30,872 bases of DNA from Deferribacterales bacterium (GTDB taxonomy: Bacteria > Chrysiogenota > Deferribacteres > Deferribacterales > Geovibrionaceae): contig JBFWJG010000032.1 in NCBI GenBank assembly GCA_050253335.1, positions 1 to 30,872 on the forward strand. The letters run 5' to 3'. Below are positions 8,727 through 17,165 of this stretch, in pieces. The first letter of the stretch is position 1, and every line of letters starts with the position of its first letter. The notes beneath the pieces were generated by a model, which had not been told where the DNA came from, ran no database searches, and was given only the letters and a program-made list of their open reading frames with translations. The position numbers and the translations under genes are program-made.

Positions 8727-9176
8727 ATGATAAAGATTAAAAAAATACTTTACCCCACGGATTTTTCCGAACCTTCAAAAATCGCCCTTGAATATGCCGC
8801 TGAACTCGCAAAGCAGTTCGGAGCGGAGCTTGAGATACTTCATGTTATGTTTGACGAAACTCAGGTGGTCTCCTTCTACCTGCCTCAGGTGACTATGCAG
8901 TCTCTCTCAACCGATATAGAAACAGGCTCCGCAAAACAGCTTGATGAGTTCATCAAGAGCCAGCCCGTGCTTAAAGGCGTCAACTACACTACGAAGCTGA
9001 TCAAAGGCACGCCGTTTATCGAAATAACCAAACACGCGAAAGACACAGCCGCGGATATGATAGTAATCGGCACACACGGCAGAACAGGGCTTGATCATGT
9101 TCTTTTCGGGTCGACTGCTGAAAAGGTAGTCCGTAAAGCACCCTGCCCTGTGTTTACTGTACGGCCTGAAAAGTAA
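8727..9176 (+). CDS. Universal stress protein (Usp family)
   Basis: KKILYPTDFS, IVIGTHGRTG..LFGSTAEKVVRKAPCPV; SD GGAGG; start ATG 8727 or GTG 8724. Confidence 0.94.
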   Translation: MIKIKKILYPTDFSEPSKIALEYAAELAKQFGAELEILHVMFDETQVVSFYLPQVTMQSLSTDIETGSAKQLDEFIKSQPVLKGVNYTTKLIKGTPFIEITKHAKDTAADMIVIGTHGRTGLDHVLFGSTAEKVVRKAPCPVFTVRPEK

Positions 9177-9195
9177 GGAAGGTTAATCAGCCCTA

Positions 9196-9286
9196 CAATC
9201 AGAACATCCTGTCTGATTGCAAGGCACGCTCGCGCCGTGGTAAACACGGCTTCGCTCCGCACGGCGCAGTCCCATCCATGGGACTG
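9196..9286 (-). repeat. Dispersed GGA-hairpin repeat, copy 2 (short form)
   Basis: Core identical to copy 1; minus-strand hairpins CAGTCCC-ATGGAT-GGGACTG and CAATCAG-AC-AGGAT-GT-t-CTGATTG. Confidence 0.9.
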
Positions 9287-9291
9287 TGGTT

Positions 9292-9347
9292 GAAAAAGTA
9301 GTCCGCAAGGCGCCATGCCCGTGTTTACGGTGAGACCTGAGAAGTAA
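9292..9347 (+). pseudogene. Orphan second copy of the usp 3' end (EKVVRKAPC[P]VFTVRPEK*)
   Basis: Aligns to 9120-9176 with 10 substitutions, all synonymous, plus a 1-nt deletion. Confidence 0.88.
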
Positions 9348-9367
9348 GGGAAAACTGCCTATATTAA

Positions 9368-9450
9368 AGAGATTCTTCGCTGACGCTCAGAATGACGAAG
9401 CCGCAGTCAAACGCAGTAAGTCATTCTGAGGCCTTGGCCGAAGAATCTCT
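9368..9450. repeat. Inverted pair of REP-like palindromes (GTCATTCTGAG..GAAGAATCTC family); probable bidirectional terminator between convergent genes
   Basis: AGAGATTCTTCG..CTCAGAATGAC (9368-9396) faces GTCATTCTGAG..CGAAGAATCTCT (9420-9450); relatives at 21248 and 21493. Confidence 0.85.
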
Positions 9451-9464
9451 CTGTATGATAATAC

Positions 9465-10067
9465 CTAGTGAGCCTGCTCTATCTCCGCCGAATCCAGAAT
9501 CCTTTCCGTGAATTCCTCAAGCCTGTCATCATTTCCGTCAAAACTCACGGCAATATGACGGAGAAGCTTCCCGCCGGAAACGCTCAGAGCCTCAACCCTT
9601 ATCTTCCGCCCTCCGGCATCCGCAGTGCCTGAAAGCCGCCAGCCTGAATAGCCGCTGATCTTCTCCGGCTTAATTTCATACTCAAAAGAGGACGCCGCGC
9701 CAGAACCCTTTATCTTGTTAACCAGATCCTGAGAGAAGGCCTCGCCGTTCAGCTCCTGTTCTGTCTCAATCGAAAGCACTGTGAACCCGAATGTTCCGAG
9801 GGAAAACTGCCACACATCCTGAGCAGCGGCGTTGTCCGCTATCACTGCCGCTTGAGAGAGATCCCTCATTTTATCAGGGGCAAGTATCTTCACGCCTGTT
9901 CTGCCCACTTCCCGTTTTTCCCAGTTCTGTTCCAGAACCACGCCGGTTATTCCCTTTTCCGCCTTGGCCGACTTTTTGTAATATTTAAATGCCGCGGTTC
10001 CCGCGAATACGGCAAGAACCACCGCCGCTGCGATAACCACTGTTTTGATCATTCCGTTCAAAATCAT
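9465..10067 (-). CDS. Hypothetical membrane-anchored exported protein
   Basis: 200-aa ORF, N-terminal hydrophobic helix, SD GGAGGG; possibly a PsbP/DcrB-like fold (weak inference). Confidence 0.7.
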   Translation of the reverse strand: MILNGMIKTVVIAAAVVLAVFAGTAAFKYYKKSAKAEKGITGVVLEQNWEKREVGRTGVKILAPDKMRDLSQAAVIADNAAAQDVWQFSLGTFGFTVLSIETEQELNGEAFSQDLVNKIKGSGAASSFEYEIKPEKISGYSGWRLSGTADAGGRKIRVEALSVSGGKLLRHIAVSFDGNDDRLEEFTERILDSAEIEQAH

Positions 10068-10136
10068 CCCTCCGGTTTTAAACTGTATTTTTTTAAATTA
10101 TCAGACAAAAGACAAGCGACCAAGCAAAACATTCCA

Positions 10137-10166
10137 TTGACTAAGCAATAAAAACGGATGTAATAT
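10137..10166 (+). promoter_or_regulatory. Putative promoter of the SAM riboswitch leader
   Basis: TTGACT-18 bp-TAATAT just upstream of the aptamer. Confidence 0.5.
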
Positions 10167-10179
10167 TGCAAACTTTATA

Positions 10180-10274
10180 CTTATCAAGAGTGGTGGAGGG
10201 ACAGGCCCGTTGAAACCACAGCAACCGCCCTTTGAGGAAAGGTGCTAATTCCTGCCCTGAATGGGGGAGATAAG
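10180..10274 (+). ncRNA. SAM-I (S-box) riboswitch aptamer
   Basis: P1 CTTATC/GATAAG, AAGAG..GGAGGGACAGGCCC..GAAACC..GCAACC, GGTGCTAATTCC; upstream of metY-metX. Confidence 0.96.
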
Positions 10275-10296
10275 AACCGTTAAGAACAGCTCTAAC

Positions 10297-10328
10297 GCCT
10301 CTTTCCCTCAGGGATAGAGGCTTTTTTT
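10297..10328 (+). terminator. Intrinsic terminator of the SAM-I expression platform
   Basis: GCCTCT-T-TCCC-TCA-GGGA-T-AGAGGC followed by T7, before the metY SD. Confidence 0.88.
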
Positions 10329-10346
10329 ATATTCAGGAGGCAAACT

Positions 10347-11633
10347 ATGAGCAGGCACCGCATCGAAACAATAGCAGTCCACGGCGGACAGACACCTGAC
10401 CCGGTTACGGGAGCCAGAGCCGTTCCCATATATCAGACAACCGCATACAAGTTCCGTGATGCGGATCATGCAGCAAAGCTGTTTGACCTTGAGGAGGCAG
10501 GCTACATCTACACCCGCCTGAACAACCCCACCGTCGAGGTGCTGGAAAACAGGATTGCCATGCTTGAGGGGGGAACAGGAGCCGTTGCCGCTTCTTCCGG
10601 CCAGTTTGCCGAGTTCATGGTTTTCTCCACCATAGCAGAAGCCGGAGACGAAATAATCACCACCAACAGGCTTTACGGCGGAACAAACAACCTTTTCTTT
10701 CACACTTTCAAAAAGATGGGGATCACCTTCCGCCCATTTGACCAGAATAATCCGGAGGAGATCAAAGGGCTTATAAATGAAAAAACCAAGGCGGTTTACC
10801 TTGAGACAGTGGCTAACCCCGGAAACGACATAGCAGACTTTGAGGCGATAGCCGCAATAGCCCATGAAAACGGCCTGCCCCTCGTTATAGACAATACATA
10901 CCCGACACCCTTCCTCTGCCGTCCCAAGGAGTTCGGAGCGGATGTGGTTATCCACTCCGTAACCAAGTTCCTCGGCGGACACGGAAACTCAATGGGCGGC
11001 ATAGCCGTTGACCTCGGCACGTTCGACTGGGCAAAGAGCGGGCGCTTTCCCTCATTCACCACCCCTGATCCCAGCTACCACGGCATGGTGTATTCTGAGC
11101 GCTTCGGCAACATGGCTCTTGCGGTCAAGATGCGGGTGCAGACAATGCGGGACATAGGCGGCTGCATGAGCCCCATGAACGCCTTTCTCCTTCTTCAGGG
11201 GCTGGAGACTCTGCATGTGCGCATGGAGAGGCATGTGGAAAATGCCCGCAAGCTCGCCGCCTATTTACAGAAAAGCGACATGGTGGACTGGGTGAACTTC
11301 CCTGAACTTGAAGGAAACCCCAACTGCGAAAGAGCCAAAAAATATATGCCCAAAGGAACAGGGGCAATGCTCAGCTTCGGCATCAAGGGCGGTCTGAAAG
11401 CAGGCAGAGCCTTCATAGAGGGCGTTGAGCTTGCCACCCACCTCACCAATCTGGGCGACACCAGAACTCTGGTCACTCACCCCGCAAGCACAACTCACCG
11501 CCAGCTTAATGCGGAGCAGAAGGCGAAAGCGGGCATAACGGACGGGCTTATCCGCCTCTCCGTGGGCATAGAGCACATAGACGACATAACAGCCGATATG
11601 GAACAGGCATTCGCGAAAGCTAAGAAGGCATAA
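10347..11633 (+). CDS. metY: O-acetylhomoserine sulfhydrylase
   Basis: AVPIYQT, YIYTRLNNPT, PLP-lysine HSVTKFLGGHG, NLGDTRTLVTHPASTTH, IRLSVGIE. Confidence 0.94.
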   Translation: MSRHRIETIAVHGGQTPDPVTGARAVPIYQTTAYKFRDADHAAKLFDLEEAGYIYTRLNNPTVEVLENRIAMLEGGTGAVAASSGQFAEFMVFSTIAEAGDEIITTNRLYGGTNNLFFHTFKKMGITFRPFDQNNPEEIKGLINEKTKAVYLETVANPGNDIADFEAIAAIAHENGLPLVIDNTYPTPFLCRPKEFGADVVIHSVTKFLGGHGNSMGGIAVDLGTFDWAKSGRFPSFTTPDPSYHGMVYSERFGNMALAVKMRVQTMRDIGGCMSPMNAFLLLQGLETLHVRMERHVENARKLAAYLQKSDMVDWVNFPELEGNPNCERAKKYMPKGTGAMLSFGIKGGLKAGRAFIEGVELATHLTNLGDTRTLVTHPASTTHRQLNAEQKAKAGITDGLIRLSVGIEHIDDITADMEQAFAKAKKA

Positions 11634-11636
11634 TAT

Positions 11637-12752
11637 ATGGAAAACTCAGCAGGCATAGTAAAACCGCAGTATGTAACCTTCAGGGATGACTTCTCCTTTG
11701 AAAGCGGCAGGGTGCTTTCATCCGTCACCTGCTGTTACGAGACATACGGCAGGCTTAATGACGATAAATCCAACGCGATCCTGATCTGCCACGCCCTGAC
11801 GGGAAGCGCCCACGCAGCAGGCTTCCACAGGGCGGATGATCAGAAGCCCGGCTGGTGGGACTCGATGATCGGCCCCGGAAAAACTTTCGACACAAACAAA
11901 TACTTTGTCATCTGTTCCAACTTCCTCGGAAGCTGTTTCGGAACCACAGGCCCCTCTTCCATCGACCCCTCCACAGGCAGGAGATACGGCATAAGCTTTC
12001 CCGTGGCGTCAGTGAAGGACATGGTGAAACTCCAGAAAAGGCTCATAGACCATCTGGGCATAGAGAAGCTTATGGCTGTTGCCGGAGGCTCAATGGGCGG
12101 TATGCAGGTTCTGGAATGGGGCGCGACTTTCCCGGACATGATGAAAACCCTGATCCCCATTGCCACAACCCACGCCATAACCCCCATGGCGATAGCCTTC
12201 AACAGCATCGCCCGCTTCTCCATCACCAAAGACCCCAGATGGAACAAAGGGGACTACTACGAAGGGGAGTTCCCCGTGGACGGACTGGCGATAGCGCGGA
12301 TGGCAGGGCACATCACCTACCTTTCCGATCCGGCGTTTAATGATAAGTTCGGGCGCAGGTACTCCGCATTTGAAGGCTTTTACGATTTTAACGGCTTCTT
12401 TGAAGTGGAGAACTATCTCCGCTACAACGGATATAAGTTTACCGAATTTTTCGACGCCAACACGTACCTTTATGTGCTGAAAGCAATGGATATTTTCGAT
12501 CTTTCATACGGCCGCGGTTCGCTGGCGGACGCTGTTGAGCTCATAAAAGCGGACACACTGCTTATCTCCGTTTCATCGGATTTCCTTTTCCCGCCGTATC
12601 TTACTGAGGAAATTTATGATATAATGAAGCATCAGGGCAAAAAGGCCTTCTGGTATAACATACAATCCAACTACGGGCATGACGCCTTCCTCCTTGAATT
12701 TGAAGAGCTGGACAGGCTGATAAGGGAATTTTTTGCTGACAGAGGACTGTAA
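11637..12752 (+). CDS. metX: Homoserine O-acetyltransferase
   Basis: CHALTG, GWWD..IGPGK, nucleophile motif GGSMGG, YGHDAFL. Confidence 0.95.
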   Translation: MENSAGIVKPQYVTFRDDFSFESGRVLSSVTCCYETYGRLNDDKSNAILICHALTGSAHAAGFHRADDQKPGWWDSMIGPGKTFDTNKYFVICSNFLGSCFGTTGPSSIDPSTGRRYGISFPVASVKDMVKLQKRLIDHLGIEKLMAVAGGSMGGMQVLEWGATFPDMMKTLIPIATTHAITPMAIAFNSIARFSITKDPRWNKGDYYEGEFPVDGLAIARMAGHITYLSDPAFNDKFGRRYSAFEGFYDFNGFFEVENYLRYNGYKFTEFFDANTYLYVLKAMDIFDLSYGRGSLADAVELIKADTLLISVSSDFLFPPYLTEEIYDIMKHQGKKAFWYNIQSNYGHDAFLLEFEELDRLIREFFADRGL

Positions 12753-13466
12753 ATGGGATTCAACGAAGCTGCGTTCAACTACTACATAAGCTCCGATCAC
12801 ATCAAGGGTGACGACCTTGATATGATAAGAAAAAACTTCAAAAACAAAGAATTTGAATGCCTGCTTGATGTGGCCACAGGCGCAGGGCACTGCGCGGCGG
12901 CTGTTCCTGCCCGGAAACGCTTCACCCTTGACCCCAGTATGCCGATGCTGAAAACCGCCAGAGACAAATTCGGCCTCAGCCTGCCCGTGTGCGCCGTTGC
13001 GGAGAGTCTCCCCTTCACAGACAACACCTTTGACATAATCACCTGCCGCATAGCCATGCACCATTTCAGAAATCCGCATTCATTCTTCCGTGAGGCAAAA
13101 AGAGTTCTGCGTCCTCTGGGCTGGATGATTGTGATCGACAATGTTGTGGATGTTGAGGACTCATACCTCAATGTAATAGAATACATAAGAGACAACACGC
13201 ACATACGCAGCTACACTCTGGAAGAGATTCTCGGTTTCGCAGGGGAGGATTTCCGCCTGATAGACTACAGCTGCATATTCAAGAAGCATGATTTCCCCGA
13301 ATGGGCAGGAAGGCTCGCTGAAGGGCCGGAGGCGGTGGAGAGAATCGAAAACGCCTTTAAGGAACTGCCGGATAGTATACAGAAAGAGCTGGAAGTTGAA
13401 AAAACCTACGGCAAAATCTCCGCATATACGGATAAGAAAGGTTTTTTCGTTTTCAGGTCAGTGTGA
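12753..13466 (+). CDS. Class I SAM-dependent methyltransferase (UbiE/YafE-like)
   Basis: LDVATGAGH, AESLPF.DNTFD, CRIAMHHF, RVLRP.G; abuts the metX stop. Confidence 0.88.
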   Translation: MGFNEAAFNYYISSDHIKGDDLDMIRKNFKNKEFECLLDVATGAGHCAAAVPARKRFTLDPSMPMLKTARDKFGLSLPVCAVAESLPFTDNTFDIITCRIAMHHFRNPHSFFREAKRVLRPLGWMIVIDNVVDVEDSYLNVIEYIRDNTHIRSYTLEEILGFAGEDFRLIDYSCIFKKHDFPEWAGRLAEGPEAVERIENAFKELPDSIQKELEVEKTYGKISAYTDKKGFFVFRSV

Positions 13467-13478
13467 TAAGGTTCGCCG

Positions 13479-15272
13479 GTGTTTAAATTCAGGCTGAAGG
13501 AATTCAATCTGCCCGTCATAGGCAGATGGTTCATACTGGGCTCCCTTGTGGGCATTGTGGCCGGTCTGGGTGCAATCCTCTTCTTCCTCCTGCTTCAGGG
13601 CTGTTCCTACATTTTTCTTGACTATATCGGCGGCATGAGAGTTGAGGAAACAGCGGGGGAACCGGCCTTCTTTGGCCATGCCGCAACCCCTTTCAACAGA
13701 TGGATTGTCCTTTTTCTTCCCGCTCTGGGCGGACTGATCAGCGGTTTTCTTGTTTATAAGTTCGCACCGGAAGCCGAAGGGCACGGAACAGACGCGGCAA
13801 TCAAGGCTATTCACCACAAAAACGGCTATATAAAGTGGAATGTTCCCGTCATAAAAACCATCGCAAGCTCCATAACCATAGGTACAGGAGGCTCCGGAGG
13901 ACGTGAAGGCCCCATAGCGCAGATAGGCGCAGGCTTCGGCTCATTCCTCGGGCGCGTGATGAACCTGACTGACAGGGAAAAACGCATCCTCACCGCCGCA
14001 GGAATGGGCGCGGGCGTGGGCGCTATATTCCGTTCCCCTCTTGCGGGAGCAATTTTCGCCGCGGAAGTGCTCTACAGCAGTTCGGACATGGAGTTTGAGG
14101 TTCTTCTGCCCTCTACAATAACCTCAATAATCGCTTACTCAATTTTCTGCTCGTTCTTCGGCTGGGATCCCCTGTTTGCGACTCCGGGCTTCCGGTTTGA
14201 CAGCCCGCTGGAACTGGCCGGATATACCGTTCTCGGCTTCGCCTGCGCTTTCTTCGGCTGGCTGTATGTCAACACCTTCTACAGGATTCACGACTTCTTT
14301 AAGGCGATGAAGCTTTCCCCCTATCTCAAACCCGCTCTCGGCGGTCTGCTCACGGGGATAATCGGCTTTTGGCTGCCGGAGGCGATAGGCGGCGGATACG
14401 CCAATATAGAACTTGCCATGAATGTTCATTTAAGCATTCTTTTCCTGTTCGTACTTATATTCGCCAAGATACTGACAACATCATTCAGCATAGGCAGCGG
14501 CGGTAGCGCAGGCATATTCGGGCCTTCAATGGTGATCGGGGCTTCCGTCGGCGGGTTTATCGGCCTGGCGCTTAACATGACCGTTCCCGCCATTGCCCCC
14601 GAGCCTGGAGCATATGTTGTTGTGGGGATGGCGGGCTTTTTCGCTGGGATAGCAAGCGCCCCTCTCTCCACAATAATCATGGTGAGCGAAATGACAGGAA
14701 ACTACCACCTGCTTGTTCCCTCCATGTGGGTGAGCACGCTTACCTTCCTTCTGCTCCGCAGAACCACAATGTACCGCAGTCAGGTCGAATTCCGCAGTGA
14801 TTCACCAATACACAAAGGCGAGTTCTTCCTTCAGGTTCTTCAGGACATCAGGGTAAAGGACATCATGCGTCCCGACCCGATCGTCATCAGAGAGGATATG
14901 AAGTTCAGCGAAATAGTCCACTTCATATCCGCCACCAAGCACAACAACTTCCCCGTTGTGAGGGAAAACGGCGAGCTTGTGGGCGTTCTCCTGTTTGAGG
15001 AAATACGGGAGTTCGTGTTTGAGGAAGGGCTGGAGAGCATCGTAGTTGCCGGCGAGGTCTGCGAGAAGGACATACCGGTGATCAAGCCCTCCCATAATCT
15101 GGCGGATGCAATAGAGATGATAGGCTTCAAGAATATTGAACTTCTCCCCGTGGTTGACACCGACAAGGACAATATCCTCATCGGCATCATTACCCGCAGG
15201 GACATCATATCCACATACAACAAGGTGCTCCGCAAGCGCAAATCAGAGAACGAGATGGAGGCGGACTTCTAG
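13479..15272 (+). CDS. ClC-family chloride channel/antiporter with two CBS domains
   Basis: GHGTD, GGSGGREGP (gating Glu), GGSAGIFGP, many TM helices, C-terminal CBS pair. Confidence 0.94.
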   Translation: MFKFRLKEFNLPVIGRWFILGSLVGIVAGLGAILFFLLLQGCSYIFLDYIGGMRVEETAGEPAFFGHAATPFNRWIVLFLPALGGLISGFLVYKFAPEAEGHGTDAAIKAIHHKNGYIKWNVPVIKTIASSITIGTGGSGGREGPIAQIGAGFGSFLGRVMNLTDREKRILTAAGMGAGVGAIFRSPLAGAIFAAEVLYSSSDMEFEVLLPSTITSIIAYSIFCSFFGWDPLFATPGFRFDSPLELAGYTVLGFACAFFGWLYVNTFYRIHDFFKAMKLSPYLKPALGGLLTGIIGFWLPEAIGGGYANIELAMNVHLSILFLFVLIFAKILTTSFSIGSGGSAGIFGPSMVIGASVGGFIGLALNMTVPAIAPEPGAYVVVGMAGFFAGIASAPLSTIIMVSEMTGNYHLLVPSMWVSTLTFLLLRRTTMYRSQVEFRSDSPIHKGEFFLQVLQDIRVKDIMRPDPIVIREDMKFSEIVHFISATKHNNFPVVRENGELVGVLLFEEIREFVFEEGLESIVVAGEVCEKDIPVIKPSHNLADAIEMIGFKNIELLPVVDTDKDNILIGIITRRDIISTYNKVLRKRKSENEMEADF

Positions 15273-15583
15273 CCCGCTATCTTCAGCCCCGCTATCCCCG
15301 CCGCAATCAGCAGAACGGATAAACCCCTGACAAGGGTGAGCAGCTCGCCCATAAAAATCACCCCGCAGATGAAAATGCCCGTTGCCCCTATCCCTGTCCA
15401 GACGGCATAAGCCGTGCCCATGGGGAGAGTCTTCATTGAATATGACAGAAGGTAAAAGCTTACGAACATTGCGGCGATTGTGATAACTGACGGAAGCGGT
15501 TTTGAAAAGCCCTGACTGTATTTAAGCCCCAGAGCCCAGATGATTTCGAATAGTCCTGCGATGAAAAGGAGAGTCCACGCCAT
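15269..15583 (-). CDS. gdx: SMR-family guanidinium exporter Gdx (SugE)
   Basis: MAW..L.IAGLFEIIWA.GLKYSQGF, LPMGTAYAVWTGIG; guanidine riboswitch upstream. Confidence 0.92.
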   Translation of the reverse strand: MAWTLLFIAGLFEIIWALGLKYSQGFSKPLPSVITIAAMFVSFYLLSYSMKTLPMGTAYAVWTGIGATGIFICGVIFMGELLTLVRGLSVLLIAAGIAGLKIAG

Positions 15584-15605
15584 TTTAAGCCTCGTTTAAA
15601 AAAAC

Positions 15606-15648
15606 GGGGCCGTCCCCTGATGTAACCGAGAGGTGAGGCCGTCCTCAC
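15606..15648 (-). ncRNA. Guanidine-II (mini-ykkC) riboswitch
   Basis: Two ACGR-loop hairpins on the minus strand, GTGAGG-ACGG-CCTCAC and GGGG-ACGG-CCCC, 15-nt linker, just upstream of the gdx SD. Confidence 0.9.
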
Positions 15649-15701
15649 ATCGACAGATTTTAAGATCAGGTTTTTATACACCAAAGTCAAGCGGAAACAG
15701 A

Positions 15702-15740
15702 GCAACTTTTAGTTGCATTAAGTCGCACAGCGTCTATATT
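15702..15740 (+). promoter_or_regulatory. Putative TA promoter with overlapping palindromic operator
   Basis: GCAACT-TTT-AGTTGC (15702-15716) overlaps TTGCAT-16 bp-TATATT. Confidence 0.5.
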
Positions 15741-15757
15741 TACTCCAGAGGTGCAGT

Positions 15758-15985
15758 ATGTCTCAGGCTGTCAAAATAAGTGATGAAATAATAAAGAGTG
15801 CAAAAATACACGCCAAGGCAGAGAACAGGTCATTATCCGCACAGATAGAGTTCTGGGCAAAAATGGGGAAAGCCGCTGAGCAGAATCCTGATATGCCGTT
15901 TTCGATGATCAAGGCAATAATGCTTGCCAGAGAAGAGGCAGAGCAGTCGGGCTGTGAACCGTATATCTTCGGAGAAGGAGCTTGA
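15758..15985 (+). CDS. ParD-like type II antitoxin
   Basis: VKISDE..A...A....RS...QIEFWA..GK.AE.NPD.P pattern; overlaps the toxin start. Confidence 0.85.
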   Translation: MSQAVKISDEIIKSAKIHAKAENRSLSAQIEFWAKMGKAAEQNPDMPFSMIKAIMLAREEAEQSGCEPYIFGEGA

Positions 15986-16257
15986 GGCAGATATTTCAGT
16001 CACCTGCCTTCGCGAGGCAGAAAAAGAAACTGACAAAAAAGCAAATAACTGCTCTGGATGAAGAGGTACGGAAGCTTGCCGCATCTCCTGATTCCGGTGA
16101 GCAGAAAAAGGGGGATCTGGCAGGAATTTATGTTTACAAGTACAGACTGACAAACCAGCTTTATCTCATAGCCTACGAATTTGACGACAATAATCTGAGG
16201 CTTATTTTCATTGCTCCGCACGAAAACTTCTACAGAGACCTCAAAAACAGCCTTTAG
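15982..16257 (+). CDS. RelE/ParE-like type II toxin
   Basis: P.SGEQKKGDLAGIYVYKY, HENFYRDLK; 91 aa, basic; TTG start. Confidence 0.85.
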   Translation: MRQIFQSPAFARQKKKLTKKQITALDEEVRKLAASPDSGEQKKGDLAGIYVYKYRLTNQLYLIAYEFDDNNLRLIFIAPHENFYRDLKNSL

Positions 16258-17165
16258 CCTATTTTTTTCGCTATCTCTCCGAAAAACCCCGCCTCGTCAT
16301 TGAGCGCTATATCGATTTCGGCATATGCATATTTATATCTGCGGTCTTCGGGTATTTTCACAAAGTCCTTCTGGGTGGTTATTATCATATCAAGCTTATA
16401 GTGCTCGGCTATGTTTTCCAGCTTGTCCAGAGTTCCGCAGCAGTAGTGCATATGATCTGGGAACTGTCTGTTCTTCACGATGTTTACGCCGTTTTCATAG
16501 AGAAAGGCAAAAAATCTGCCGCCGCCTGCTATGCCCGAAAAGCCGAGGCATTTTTTCCCCGCCATGTCATCGGCAGAGAGGAGCGAACCGTCCGCAGTCC
16601 TTATGCCCCTGAACTCTATGTGACTGAAAAAAACAGGCTTGTCCTTCACCAGCGGCACAACGTTGCTCGGCACTTCGGTATTGTCTGCTCTGGTGAAAAC
16701 TATGATGTCCGCCCTACGTATCCCTTTCGGAAACTCCCGCAGATAGCCGAAGGGAAAAGGAAGCCCTGTTGAAATGGGCTTTCTGTGATCCAGCAGGAGA
16801 ATGTCCAGATCCCTATGCATCCTTTTATGCTGAAAGCCGTCGTCCAGTATGAACAGATCCGGCCTGAAATGCTCCATAGCGTATGCGGCGCTGTCTGCCC
16901 TCTCCTTTCCGGTGATGACGATCGCCCCTTTGCAGTTCTGGGCTATCATATAAGGCTCATCCGCAGCCAGCGGCGGTTCTATGAGTATATTCTCCCCGTC
17001 GGAGATTACATTTGTTTCAAGCCCTATCTTCCCCTTGTACCCTCTGGAAAGCACGCAGACCTTTTTCCCCTGACCGAGGAAATAGTTGGTAAGCCTGATG
17101 GTGAAGGGGGTTTTGCCTGTGCCGCCGAGGGATATGTTCCCGACGGAGATAACTTTAGGAGTCAC
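16254..17165 (-). CDS. lpxK: Tetraacyldisaccharide 4'-kinase
   Basis: VISVGNI..GGTGKTP, LSRGY, DEP, LDDGFQH, FPDH, TTQKD.VK. Confidence 0.96.
   Translation of the reverse strand: MTPKVISVGNISLGGTGKTPFTIRLTNYFLGQGKKVCVLSRGYKGKIGLETNVISDGENILIEPPLAADEPYMIAQNCKGAIVITGKERADSAAYAMEHFRPDLFILDDGFQHKRMHRDLDILLLDHRKPISTGLPFPFGYLREFPKGIRRADIIVFTRADNTEVPSNVVPLVKDKPVFFSHIEFRGIRTADGSLLSADDMAGKKCLGFSGIAGGGRFFAFLYENGVNIVKNRQFPDHMHYCCGTLDKLENIAEHYKLDMIITTQKDFVKIPEDRRYKYAYAEIDIALNDEAGFFGEIAKKIG

Noticed and set aside
9120..9347. Diversity-generating retroelement TR/VR pair
   Set aside because: Differences are not adenine-specific, are synonymous, and no reverse transcriptase is in the window
13479..15272. 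Fluoride-specific ClC-F
   Set aside because: Has GHGTD rather than the GNNLI-type signature, and no fluoride riboswitch is evident
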